A stretch of 64,000 bases of DNA from the NCBI GenBank assembly GCA_048499955.1, contig JASNYX010000001.1, positions 2,452 through 66,451 of the forward strand, in the 5' to 3' direction. Positions 41,285-49,959 of this stretch are shown here, piece after piece (positions within the stretch are counted from its first letter, which is position 1; each line of letters starts with the position of its first letter). The position numbers and the translations under genes were made by a program. The notes under the pieces were generated by a model, which saw nothing but the letters and a program-made list of their open reading frames with translations, made no database searches and had not been told where the DNA came from. The DNA comes from Patescibacteria group bacterium. GTDB taxonomy: Bacteria > Patescibacteriota > WWE3 > 2-01-FULL-39-13.

Positions 41285-41344
41285 CTAAGACCTCTATCGC
41301 CATCTACCGAGCCCCTATCATTTCCGAACCTCGATATTGAATAA
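40802..41344 (+). CDS. REP-associated tyrosine transposase (RAYT / Y1_Tnp HUH family)
   Basis: YHAYNRG, AYCLLPNHFH (HUH), YFNHRYKRYGRLW, YIHRNP (catalytic Tyr) and YPYSSY. Confidence 0.92.
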   Translation: MPGKNLKRQLLPNGIYHAYNRGFEKREVFKDGADYLNYTELVRQEIIKNPGKVIIYAYCLLPNHFHFLIKQSSKYDMPRFMQVVTAEYTRYFNHRYKRYGRLWENAYRAVLIKDHYQFVTVQNYIHRNPSDITENIEKYPYSSYGHYKHRFKLDFIKKGRPLRPLSPSTEPLSFPNLDIE

Positions 41345-43153
41345 CGCACTTTTTAGTTGAAGTGCTCCCGGGGCTCGAAGATTAAAGATTGCTCTGAAAT
41401 CTTCTCCTGAAAATTTCAGCTCGCCTTTATTTGTTGTGATTCTAACTTCAGATGTGAATCCGCTGCTGGAGTAGCTGACTTTTACATCGCTGACTTCTTT
41501 GATGCCGCTTTCTTCGCGAACTTTATCCATGCTCCAGGTTCCGTCGATGTTTTTGCCCCAACAGCTCTTGGCGTCTAGTTGTGAAAGATGTGTCTGGTTA
41601 TTACTACTTTCTTTGTAAAGAACTACCGCCCCAACAATATCTGCAAATTCTTTTTCGCTTAACCAAGGATGGCTTCTTGAGCACGATTGGCCGCTTCTGG
41701 TTTTATACCAACCTTTATAGAACCATGGCGAAGAAGCTTTGCTCTCGTATGCTTTGCTTGTCCAGCATTCCCGTGATCCGCATTCTGTATCCCAACCGCC
41801 TCCTGTGTTGTGCCCGTTACTTGAGTATCCATAGTTGTAGCCACCTGAAGTAGCGGCGTAATAAGTCGAAAAGATTTGTCCGGTTTTCTTGCTGACAAGC
41901 ACCTGTTTCTTAGTTTTTGAAACAGCATCGTGCCATCTGGCGGCACTCGAACTTGTGGCTTTACTTTCCGACCATACTTGGCAGTTTTCTGTTGTGCATA
42001 TTGTTCCCGGAATACTTGAGCTACCCATAGCCCATCCTTGTCGTGCCAATGCATAGGTTCGGGCTGCAACTGCTTGTGCTTTTAAGGCTTCAATCGGCCA
42101 ACTTGAGGGCATCTCTGCCATGCCTTTTAGGTATTTGCCTTCAAAACTCATAGTGCCTTTGTCGGTTTTGATATTATCGGGAACTTCAACTTCCTTGATT
42201 TCTACGTCGCCGTAGTATGCTCTGAGTATTTGTTTATAGTCTTGCCCGGCATCGGCTCGGCCCTTGGCTCCATACTGGCTCATACCTTTTCTATGAGGTG
42301 CTCCGAAAGAAAACCCTGCAAAGGCTTTTTTAAAGCCGGGGTTAAATCCGGCACCGGAACTTGCGTCTCCTGTTGAGGGCACATCTCCAACGCTAGTCGA
42401 GAAGGTTTCTGTTTTCTCATCAAGCAGACCTTTTTGTGCTGCAGACAGCTCACTTAATTTTCTTTGAATTTGTTGTTTCTCTTGCTGTAGTGCTAATTGC
42501 TTTTGTGATACCGAAGAAAGGTCATTTTGTGTCGCTGCAACTTGAGCAGCAAGTCTGGCGGAAAGAGCTTGAAGACTTTTTTTCTGTCCTTCTGCCTGAG
42601 TTTTAAGACCTTCTATTTCGGTTTTAGCATCTTCGTACCCTTTAATTTCTTTTCCTACCAGTTCGATTAGGTTATTGGAGGTATCTATAAAAGCAAAATA
42701 ATAGTTTGCGATCTGTGATCCTTCCGATAGACTTCCCCCTGTAAAAAAAAGATCCATAAAGTTTCTTTGAGTTGCAATGTACATGTCTCGAAGGACAATA
42801 TCTTTCACTTTACTTTTCTCATCAAGTTCATCTTTTTTGATCTCAAGCTTTCGGGATAGATTGGAAATATCAGCAGATAGCTCGTTTATTTGAGATTCAA
42901 CGGAGTTTATCTGGGATTGTGTGACAGTAAGGTTCTTTGAAAAGTTGTTCAAATTTGCGGTGATTTCATTCGCTTTTGCTTTTACTTTTTCTAATTCTGT
43001 CTCTTTTGTTACTAATTCTTTTGTCTTTTTTTGAATCTCTTTATCTAGATCATCTTCAGCACGAGAAAGGCCGACGCCCCAGAGCGATAGCAGCAATATT
43101 GAAAGCGTTATATAGAATATAATCCCTAAAGATCCCTTATATTGATATTTCAT
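41318..43153 (-). CDS. Secreted coiled-coil protein with SpoIID/LytB lytic-transglycosylase-like domain
   Basis: Signal peptide, long coiled coil, H..GMSQYGA, and YLKGMAEMPSSWPIEALKAQAVAARTYA. Confidence 0.88.
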   Translation of the reverse strand: MKYQYKGSLGIIFYITLSILLLSLWGVGLSRAEDDLDKEIQKKTKELVTKETELEKVKAKANEITANLNNFSKNLTVTQSQINSVESQINELSADISNLSRKLEIKKDELDEKSKVKDIVLRDMYIATQRNFMDLFFTGGSLSEGSQIANYYFAFIDTSNNLIELVGKEIKGYEDAKTEIEGLKTQAEGQKKSLQALSARLAAQVAATQNDLSSVSQKQLALQQEKQQIQRKLSELSAAQKGLLDEKTETFSTSVGDVPSTGDASSGAGFNPGFKKAFAGFSFGAPHRKGMSQYGAKGRADAGQDYKQILRAYYGDVEIKEVEVPDNIKTDKGTMSFEGKYLKGMAEMPSSWPIEALKAQAVAARTYALARQGWAMGSSSIPGTICTTENCQVWSESKATSSSAARWHDAVSKTKKQVLVSKKTGQIFSTYYAATSGGYNYGYSSNGHNTGGGWDTECGSRECWTSKAYESKASSPWFYKGWYKTRSGQSCSRSHPWLSEKEFADIVGAVVLYKESSNNQTHLSQLDAKSCWGKNIDGTWSMDKVREESGIKEVSDVKVSYSSSGFTSEVRITTNKGELKFSGEDFRAIFNLRAPGALQLKSALFNIEVRK

Positions 43154-43242
43154 CGGCGTTCCGCCTGCCGTTTAACTGACTTCAGGAACCGGCAGGTGCT
43201 AGAATTCGTCCCTTACATTATAACCCATTCTACAAATTGCCT

Positions 43243-43272
43243 GTTGCATAGCAACTGTTGTGATTTTATACT
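43243..43272 (+). promoter_or_regulatory. sigma70-type promoter for the pilin pair with an operator-like palindrome over -35
   Basis: TTGCAT (43244)-17 bp-TATACT (43267). GTTGC-ATA-GCAAC at 43243-43255. Confidence 0.6.
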
Positions 43273-43282
43273 TTCTAGTTTA

Positions 43283-43360
43283 GAATTTATGCAGGACAAG
43301 GAAAAAGTGGAGGTTTGGCCTTCACGCCGGCTGGAAAACACGGTTGGCAGTCATAAATTT
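43283..43360 (+). ncRNA. Candidate structured 5' leader RNA (three-way junction)
   Basis: P1 GAAUUUAUG/CAUAAAUUU encloses adjacent hairpins GUGGAGG/CCUUCAC and GCCGGCUG/CGGUUGGC. Folded by eye. Confidence 0.45.
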
Positions 43361-43380
43361 ATACATATTAAGGAGGTGCT

Positions 43381-43815
43381 ATGACAAAATTAACAAGAAT
43401 TAATACTTCTTTATTCACTAAAGCTGGTTATGTTGTGGTAGCGGCTCTGGCCTTTGTGACTAAAGCGTATGCCCAAGCTGTTCCTTCTGGATCAATAGTT
43501 GTTCCATCTAACAGATTTGGAAGCATCACTAATTTGCAGACACTGTTTCAATGGATCTTTAATTTCCTTCGATGGATAGGATGGGTTGGGGTAGTACTCG
43601 GTATTTTATGGATTATCGTTGTTTTGATATACAAGATATTCTTCGCCCCAGATAGCGAAGAAGCCATGAAGAATGTTCAAAGCCAGCTTACAAAAGCTGT
43701 CTTGGTTGTTATCGCCGGACTATTACTAGTGAGTATGGGATATATCGTCACGACAGTGTTCACACTGTTTGGTGCTGGAACCGTGCCTCCGTTAAATTTA
43801 GATCCGACTATTTAA
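43381..43815 (+). CDS. VirB2/TrbC-like pilin (candidate major subunit)
   Basis: Signal peptide AYA-Q, two TM helices with an SEEAMKNVQSQL loop, and a strong SD AAGGAGG at 43370. Confidence 0.7.
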   Translation: MTKLTRINTSLFTKAGYVVVAALAFVTKAYAQAVPSGSIVVPSNRFGSITNLQTLFQWIFNFLRWIGWVGVVLGILWIIVVLIYKIFFAPDSEEAMKNVQSQLTKAVLVVIAGLLLVSMGYIVTTVFTLFGAGTVPPLNLDPTI

Positions 43816-43832
43816 GGTTTTGTAACCGAATT

Positions 43833-43864
43833 TCAAGAGGGGGTGATTATTTACCCCCTCTTGA
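43833..43864 (+). terminator. Strong intercistronic hairpin between pilin paralogs
   Basis: TCAAGAGGGGGTGA-TTAT-TTACCCCCTCTTGA (14-bp stem). Confidence 0.7.
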
Positions 43865-43872
43865 CTCAATGT

Positions 43873-44229
43873 ATGTTCATAACAAAGGCACTTGCGCAAA
43901 TAACTGTAGAAAGCGTGGGAGTTGATCCAACAGGATTAGGCAATATTAGTAGTATTGCCGGGTTTTTTTTCTGGGGGTTAAATTTCCTTAGGTGGATAGG
44001 ATGGGCGGGTGTCGTCTTGGGCACTTTATACACGATTGTCACGATAATATATAATCTTTGGACCGCAGAAGATGCGAGTTCCTCATATGAAATTGTAGTC
44101 AAAAGCATTAGGAAGACAATTGTTATCTCAGTTCTCGGTTTAGTTTTGGTCTCTATCGCTGGAGTGATTTCGATTATTGCAGGTCTATTCGGTGCGAGCG
44201 TGCCATTCAAACTCCCTTTTACTCCTTGA
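43873..44229 (+). CDS. VirB2/TrbC-like pilin, tandem paralog
   Basis: Shares NFLRWIGW.GVVLG with the upstream gene. The ORF-track GTG at 43843 is buried in the hairpin, so ATG 43873 is preferred. Confidence 0.65.
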   Translation: MFITKALAQITVESVGVDPTGLGNISSIAGFFFWGLNFLRWIGWAGVVLGTLYTIVTIIYNLWTAEDASSSYEIVVKSIRKTIVISVLGLVLVSIAGVISIIAGLFGASVPFKLPFTP

Positions 44230-44417
44230 TAGTCTTTCTCTTTCCGATTAACTTGTAAAATTTCCCTCAAAGTAATAAATTAGGCAGTTTTGGTTCAAAT
44301 AGTAGAAATATCCGGCGAATAGTAGATATATTAATGTGATCGCTAGTCCGGCTTGAGAAAATCTTGTCTTACCGAAGTTGAGGTGAAATTTCATATCAGC
44401 TAGAATGATATTATCTT

Positions 44418-45497
44418 ATGAATAAAATTGCTTCACTTTTTATTATCAGTTTTATTTTCTTTGTAGCAATTGGGTTTCTCTTCAGAAATACTTGGAAAAA
44501 CAGCTTCCTTACAACTAACAATCAACCTCAGGCAATCTATTTTATACGAGATGGCGATCTGTGGTATTTGAATAAAGATACCTCTAATATTAATCAGATT
44601 ACTGATTTGGGTGGCATAGAAGAGTATTGGGTCTTTGAATCCGGAGCCGTCGTAATAAAACGTATTAACTATGAGTCTCATCGCCTAGTAGCGGAGCTTC
44701 TTTATTCTCAAGACAGTTTAAAAACATTTGAAGTAGTTGTTAATAAAACCTTTGAATTCAGTAATCGACCTGATGACATTTACCCCCATTTTGAATTTAA
44801 AGTTTCTGTTGCACCGGATGGGAATAGTTTAGTATATGGTGGTGATTTCTCAGATAGCCTTCAACTTTATGATTTACAAAAAAAATCCACGATTGATTTA
44901 CAACACAAATCGATCTTCGAGTTTGCCTTATCTCGCGATGGAAAGCGTTTAGCTTTTATCAAAGATGCAAACATTGAAGTCCTCGATTTGCCTACGGGTG
45001 ATCAACTTGCGAAAACCGAATTCATTCGCGGGAATGTTTCATACGAAAGTTTTATGAATCCTCAAAAATTAGTCGGATGGACAGCAGATGGGTTATCAGT
45101 CATTTACTTGCATGGTAATTATGGCCAAGGTATGCCTGTAAGTAAGTCAGTTCAGCATTTATATGCGTTTGATATTCCAAACAACCTAGTGCATAAGTTA
45201 AGTAAATCGGAAGAGGGACTGATCGATAACCCCACAAGTGATCTATCTATGGGCGGTTATCTCTACTATGTAACTAGTAAGGCTAATTTTCAGAAAAGTG
45301 CTTGGAGATTGAACTTGGATAATTACGAAATCGTAGAGGTTCCGGACCTAATTAATATGCAAGTTGTATTGAACTCGGGGCAAGGTCTAATTTTTTCGAA
45401 GAGAGGATTTGAAAATAATAGCCATGAAATTTGGAAGTCTGATCTGTTAGGTAAGAATGCCCAGATATTGATTGAGAACGGTACAATTTCGAAGTGA
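44418..45497 (+). CDS. Membrane-anchored TolB-like beta-propeller protein
   Basis: N-terminal TM helix; IYFIRDGDLW, VAPDGNSLVY, LSRDGKRLAF and GWTADG repeats. Confidence 0.75.
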   Translation: MNKIASLFIISFIFFVAIGFLFRNTWKNSFLTTNNQPQAIYFIRDGDLWYLNKDTSNINQITDLGGIEEYWVFESGAVVIKRINYESHRLVAELLYSQDSLKTFEVVVNKTFEFSNRPDDIYPHFEFKVSVAPDGNSLVYGGDFSDSLQLYDLQKKSTIDLQHKSIFEFALSRDGKRLAFIKDANIEVLDLPTGDQLAKTEFIRGNVSYESFMNPQKLVGWTADGLSVIYLHGNYGQGMPVSKSVQHLYAFDIPNNLVHKLSKSEEGLIDNPTSDLSMGGYLYYVTSKANFQKSAWRLNLDNYEIVEVPDLINMQVVLNSGQGLIFSKRGFENNSHEIWKSDLLGKNAQILIENGTISK

Positions 45498-45507
45498 AAA
45501 CAAGGTA

Positions 45508-46764
45508 TTATCGTCTTTGTAATAAGCTTTTTATTGAAGATAAGTCAAAACCTTTTTTCCCGGATTCGAGTTTCTGAATTTTTTGTAGTAACGTTCTTGC
45601 ATTAGGACTCCCATGCTCGCTATTTGCCCATGCTGTCGAAACTTCCTTTAGTCGCCCCTGTATCGCTTCCATTAGGTCTTCTTCTTTGAAAGATCTGCTA
45701 AAAGCGAATTTTTGAGCTTCTTCTGCTAAATATTGTCTTCTGACTTCAGGATCATCGCTATATAGATTCCGAAGGTAGTTTCCTATCGTGTAATCTTGGT
45801 CGCCATCTTGCTGTGTTCCATCCCCCATTTCGCTTATACCTTCAGATAATAAATGTAAAACCATTAAATTTACCCTGAATGGTTTGCCGTCTTTTCCGAT
45901 TACCGTAAAATCGGGGTTTTTAAAGATTCTGCCGAAATGAAACCCGCTGTTCAGAAATGGAGAGGGAATCCCATTTAGTTTTGTTACTCTTGAGTCTACA
46001 TGTCTAGCTTGACAACCTCTAGCGCTGAGTCTGTACCAATTGCTGGGATCGCTTTCAGTCCAGTTCATAATATCTGCAAGATGGTTTGCAATGAACTCCT
46101 GCTCATCGCCATATATGTTTACCGGATTTGTAAAGTTGATTTTTTTGTATTCTGCCCATAGTTGTTTATAAACAGCATTTATTTGAACTAATCGTGGATT
46201 CTTTTCCCGACTACTTGATCCATAGAGATTCTCGAGGGGATAGTCAAGGTTAGCCGCACACGCTCTAAGAAAATTAACCTTATGTTCGATATGCATAGGA
46301 AGAGCATAGTTGGAAGAAATGAGCATGCTTAATACGTCTTTCCTAAACTCGTCTGATTCTATTCTTTCATCTCCATACATTTCGGGATTCGCTCGCTGGA
46401 ATTCTTTAATCATATCGAGTTCCTCCTGTGTTAGGAATTTTCTTTGTCCATAATTTACGCCGTTAATGGTTACATTTAAGAGTGGTTTTTCAACACTAGG
46501 AAACGGGTAGTTGTTAAATACAAACCCGGCATTAAGTAGTTGCTCTCTTGTCAAATTGCCTATAGAAATGTCTTCTGCTGAAACTCCGGTTTCCAGTAAT
46601 GTAACGAATTCAGGATCATCTTTGGTGATTTTTCCTGAAGGTATTACTTCTAGAGGGTCGTGAGGTGGTTGGCTTTCTTGTATGACAAGCATTTCATAAA
46701 TACTATCTAGTGGGTTTTCGTTTAAATCCTCTTCTTCTAAGGTTTGGGGCAGATGGGTTGCCAT
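45508..46764 (-). CDS. Hypothetical cytoplasmic protein
   Basis: 418-aa open frame with no recognised motif. Confidence 0.7.
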   Translation of the reverse strand: MATHLPQTLEEEDLNENPLDSIYEMLVIQESQPPHDPLEVIPSGKITKDDPEFVTLLETGVSAEDISIGNLTREQLLNAGFVFNNYPFPSVEKPLLNVTINGVNYGQRKFLTQEELDMIKEFQRANPEMYGDERIESDEFRKDVLSMLISSNYALPMHIEHKVNFLRACAANLDYPLENLYGSSSREKNPRLVQINAVYKQLWAEYKKINFTNPVNIYGDEQEFIANHLADIMNWTESDPSNWYRLSARGCQARHVDSRVTKLNGIPSPFLNSGFHFGRIFKNPDFTVIGKDGKPFRVNLMVLHLLSEGISEMGDGTQQDGDQDYTIGNYLRNLYSDDPEVRRQYLAEEAQKFAFSRSFKEEDLMEAIQGRLKEVSTAWANSEHGSPNARTLLQKIQKLESGKKGFDLSSIKSLLQRR

Positions 46765-47019
46765 AATGTTTTGCTGCTAATTTAGCTGAGATTTAAAACA
46801 ATCAGCTTAATATAAGCATTTAAATTATAACTCAAGTTTGATCTAATTAATTGAATTTCGCCACAAGTAGCTGTACAGCAAATTTATTATGGAATATAAT
46901 AATTGCCTGTATAAATTCCTTCCCTTAGAACGGAAATACTCGTAATATAGAGGATTCGACCCACAGTTATGGCTCAAGAATAACGACCTTAGACCTAGTG
47001 GACGTAATTAATAAATTAT

Positions 47020-48393
47020 ATGACAAGCAACGAAATTAAACAGAGACTCAAAGAATATTTTTCCTCATGCTCTGATATGAATTTAGTGAGCGTTTGTTTG
47101 ACAGGCTCGTCTTTAACTAAGCCCCTCTCTGAAGTGGGTGATATAGACTTGGCGTTTATCCTAAAAATAATAGACCATGAAAGTTTGGTACAACTTAGTG
47201 AATACATTTCAGATTTAGAAAAGATTTTTAACAAAAAAATTGGATTTAGTGTACTTTCTGAGGATGAAATTACAAGGGCTAGAGATACCGGCTACTTCCT
47301 TATTGAGGGAAGAAGTGCGAACTATGCAGACGATTTTAAGAATTGTGAAAGCGTTTATGGAGCTTCACTAGGCATAGAAAATATTGAGTTCAATAGTGAC
47401 CCAATAAGTTCCTACTCGAGTTTGAATCGGGTTTTTCATAATCTTGTAAAAGCCATTGTTGTAAAGAATCATGATATAAAAACAATCGAGAAACTAATAA
47501 CAAAGGCTATAAAAATAGTAAATTATAAAACTTTTCAAGATGAGTCAGATTTAAAAAAGCATAGGATAACTAATCAGGATTTTACCAGTGTGAAAGATAT
47601 TTTTTCTAATAAGAAGCAAGGGCAACAATTAGATTCAAAGGAAATTTCCTCTATTTTAAATTTCGTGAACAACCTGAGGACCTATTTGGCAGAAGATATT
47701 ACTAAGCAAAGCATATTTTCCTATGGTATACGTCCTAATAACCTGCCTCCTGAAACAAAATTTATTTTTATTTCGGGTGTAAATCTTTCGGGAAAGTCGA
47801 CTGTTTCACGCAAACTTGCCGGAATCTTAAATTACAATCTTATTCACCTTGACAGCATAAAAGATTCATACAAATCCGTGTACGATTTCCTTGAAATGAA
47901 CACCGTTGATGCTCATCAGGTTATGCCGCACCTTGAGGATTTGAACTTATCCCATGACCGGAAATTGATTCTTAGCTACCAACAAATCAGCAATATTCTT
48001 ATGTACCACCTGAGGTTAATGCTTAAGCCTCTGGCTGTTAAAGGGAAAAGTTGCATTATCGAAGGTTTACATCTTGATCCAGTCGGGCTTAAGTATTTTA
48101 CTGATTATTTCGAAAGCCAAGGAGTGGAAGTTCAAAAATATTATTTATCTACGGATATTCATGATGCATATCAAAATCTTGAACAACTGAAAAAAGAAAA
48201 TGCACCACATAGAGATTTTAAGAAATTCGAATATAAAATTTCCAAGGACAATCCTAATAATGTTTGGCTCATCGATAAACATTTTAAGGAAAGTGCCGAT
48301 AAATATGGCTGGCAGATAATTAAAAACCCACACGGATATTTAGATCAAACTATTTTCGACATTTATTCAAAGATAATATCTTTCCCCCGATGA
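47020..48393 (+). CDS. Pol-beta-type nucleotidyltransferase fused to a P-loop kinase
   Basis: N-terminal LTGSS...GDIDL. C-terminal GVNLSGKST (Walker A), HLDSI and IIEGLHL, resembling 2-phosphoglycerate-kinase/AAA_33 proteins. Confidence 0.75.
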   Translation: MTSNEIKQRLKEYFSSCSDMNLVSVCLTGSSLTKPLSEVGDIDLAFILKIIDHESLVQLSEYISDLEKIFNKKIGFSVLSEDEITRARDTGYFLIEGRSANYADDFKNCESVYGASLGIENIEFNSDPISSYSSLNRVFHNLVKAIVVKNHDIKTIEKLITKAIKIVNYKTFQDESDLKKHRITNQDFTSVKDIFSNKKQGQQLDSKEISSILNFVNNLRTYLAEDITKQSIFSYGIRPNNLPPETKFIFISGVNLSGKSTVSRKLAGILNYNLIHLDSIKDSYKSVYDFLEMNTVDAHQVMPHLEDLNLSHDRKLILSYQQISNILMYHLRLMLKPLAVKGKSCIIEGLHLDPVGLKYFTDYFESQGVEVQKYYLSTDIHDAYQNLEQLKKENAPHRDFKKFEYKISKDNPNNVWLIDKHFKESADKYGWQIIKNPHGYLDQTIFDIYSKIISFPR

Positions 48394-49433
48394 TGAAATT
48401 AGAATCAATAGATCTGGGCAACTACAACTCTGAATTAATAGAACCACCGATTCCTATTAATCCCCTTAATCGCCATGAAACATATGTTTATAAATTAATT
48501 ACCACGAACGGTGTCTTTGCGTTATATGTTTCAAATCGATTACCAAAATTTCCCCATACTCAGGAGTATTTATCAGAAATAATAGAATCCAATTTCCCGA
48601 AAATAAAAACACCAACTTATATAAAGTCATTTAATGGAGATTTTTATATAGAAAAGATAGTGGATCAACAAACATATTATTTAAGTGTCAAAAAGTGGAT
48701 CGATGGAAATCCCTACACAAATAAGCTCAGCGAGTTGAAAAATTCGGCACAAGCTCTTGCTTCCATACATGGTGTCTCTGCAGATTATAGAATCGACAAA
48801 GATCTTTCATTAAAAAATAAAAGCGGATTAAATAAATCATTTTCACTTGGATCTGATATGCTCTTTATCGAGTATCTGGACCTTTTTTTATCAAAACATC
48901 GTAAATCTAATCGTGTATGTAGCTGGATAGAAAAAAATAAGAAAACTTTAATAAAAGAGTGGCAAGAGTGCATAAGTTTTTACAACGCAGACATATATTC
49001 GAAGCTCCCACGAGGTATACTTCATGGCGATTTTACTCCGCAAAATATTTTATTTGAAAATGATTTTGTTGTAGGAGTTCTTGATTTCAACTCCATCAAA
49101 TACGATGCGTACTTACGGGAAATCGTTTGGTCTGCTTTGACATTCTCGCAAAGTAAAAGTTCCTCGAGCACGTTGAGTTTTGAGAGATTCGCAACCTTTA
49201 TTAAGGAGTATGTTCGTATGGCAGAGAATTCGGATTCTTACTCCGATGATTATCTTGATTATTGTTATGAGGTTTCTATTTCCAGATGTTTGAAAGTTTT
49301 TAAGAATTTGATAAAGAAGGACGTAACCGACTCATGGTACTTGTCGGAATATCTTGAAGGAAATATGAGAAATATTGATTTTCTACTTACAGAACGAAGC
49401 CGGATTTCCTGTCGGAAGAATTATTCCAGATAA
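48390..49433 (+). CDS. APH / type II homoserine-kinase-fold phosphotransferase
   Basis: LPRGILHGDFTPQNIL...VLDF (Brenner motif). Coupled to the upstream gene by an ATGA overlap. Confidence 0.88.
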   Translation: MMKLESIDLGNYNSELIEPPIPINPLNRHETYVYKLITTNGVFALYVSNRLPKFPHTQEYLSEIIESNFPKIKTPTYIKSFNGDFYIEKIVDQQTYYLSVKKWIDGNPYTNKLSELKNSAQALASIHGVSADYRIDKDLSLKNKSGLNKSFSLGSDMLFIEYLDLFLSKHRKSNRVCSWIEKNKKTLIKEWQECISFYNADIYSKLPRGILHGDFTPQNILFENDFVVGVLDFNSIKYDAYLREIVWSALTFSQSKSSSSTLSFERFATFIKEYVRMAENSDSYSDDYLDYCYEVSISRCLKVFKNLIKKDVTDSWYLSEYLEGNMRNIDFLLTERSRISCRKNYSR

Positions 49434-49447
49434 GTAATATTGGTAAA

Positions 49448-49699
49448 GTGAAAATTATTGAAGTGGGGGATGACTCTTTAACAATAGATGTTATTGAGGA
49501 TCAGAGCTTTGATGGGGAATTTTATCCGAGAATCCCTGTCGATAGATTATTAATTAAAGATGAAATTTGCACTTCAGGGTTCCCGCTTGCAATGGATGTT
49601 GAGTATGATTATTGTTTTAACATTGAGAATCAGGGTGATATTATCGCTTTAAAATATATAATCCAAGGAAGAAGTACTTTTCCTAACCCTAATCGGTAA
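49448..49699 (+). CDS. Small hypothetical protein or gene fragment
   Basis: 83-aa acidic ORF with a GTG start, co-oriented with the kinase operon. Confidence 0.4.
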   Translation: MKIIEVGDDSLTIDVIEDQSFDGEFYPRIPVDRLLIKDEICTSGFPLAMDVEYDYCFNIENQGDIIALKYIIQGRSTFPNPNR

Positions 49700-49730
49700 C
49701 TTTTTATTGAAGAAGATTATGATTTTAACA

Positions 49731-49790
49731 AAAAAAGACCTGTGAAGGGCTTTTATGGTGGGGAGTCTAGACGACCATTGGAATCAAATA
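49731..49790 (-). other. Putative degenerate att site: displaced tmRNA 3' end plus terminator-like hairpin
   Basis: TATGGTGGGGA (49754) matches TATGGTGGAGA at the ssrA 3' end (57024) at 10/11 positions. It is preceded by AAAAAAGACC-tgtgaa-GGGCTTTT. Confidence 0.4.
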
Positions 49791-49959
49791 GCTGAGTTCA
49801 GTTATGGGCCAGAGGATGTTTGTGAAATAGAAAAAATGTCCAATAGTGATCTGCTTTGTATATGAAGAGTCGATTTGACTCTAATACTTAGCTTTTCACT
49901 AGCAAGGACTTGGTTTTACCCAAGTGTTGGACAGACGTCCTTGCCTTTGTCGATACTAA

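Noticed and set aside
43142-43384. 80-aa ORF between the SpoIID gene and the pilin
   Set aside because: TTG start, no motifs, and it overlaps divergent promoters and the structured leader.
46952-46960. GGATTCGAC as a second or permuted tmRNA/tRNA piece
   Set aside because: No acceptor stem, T-arm or tag ORF nearby.
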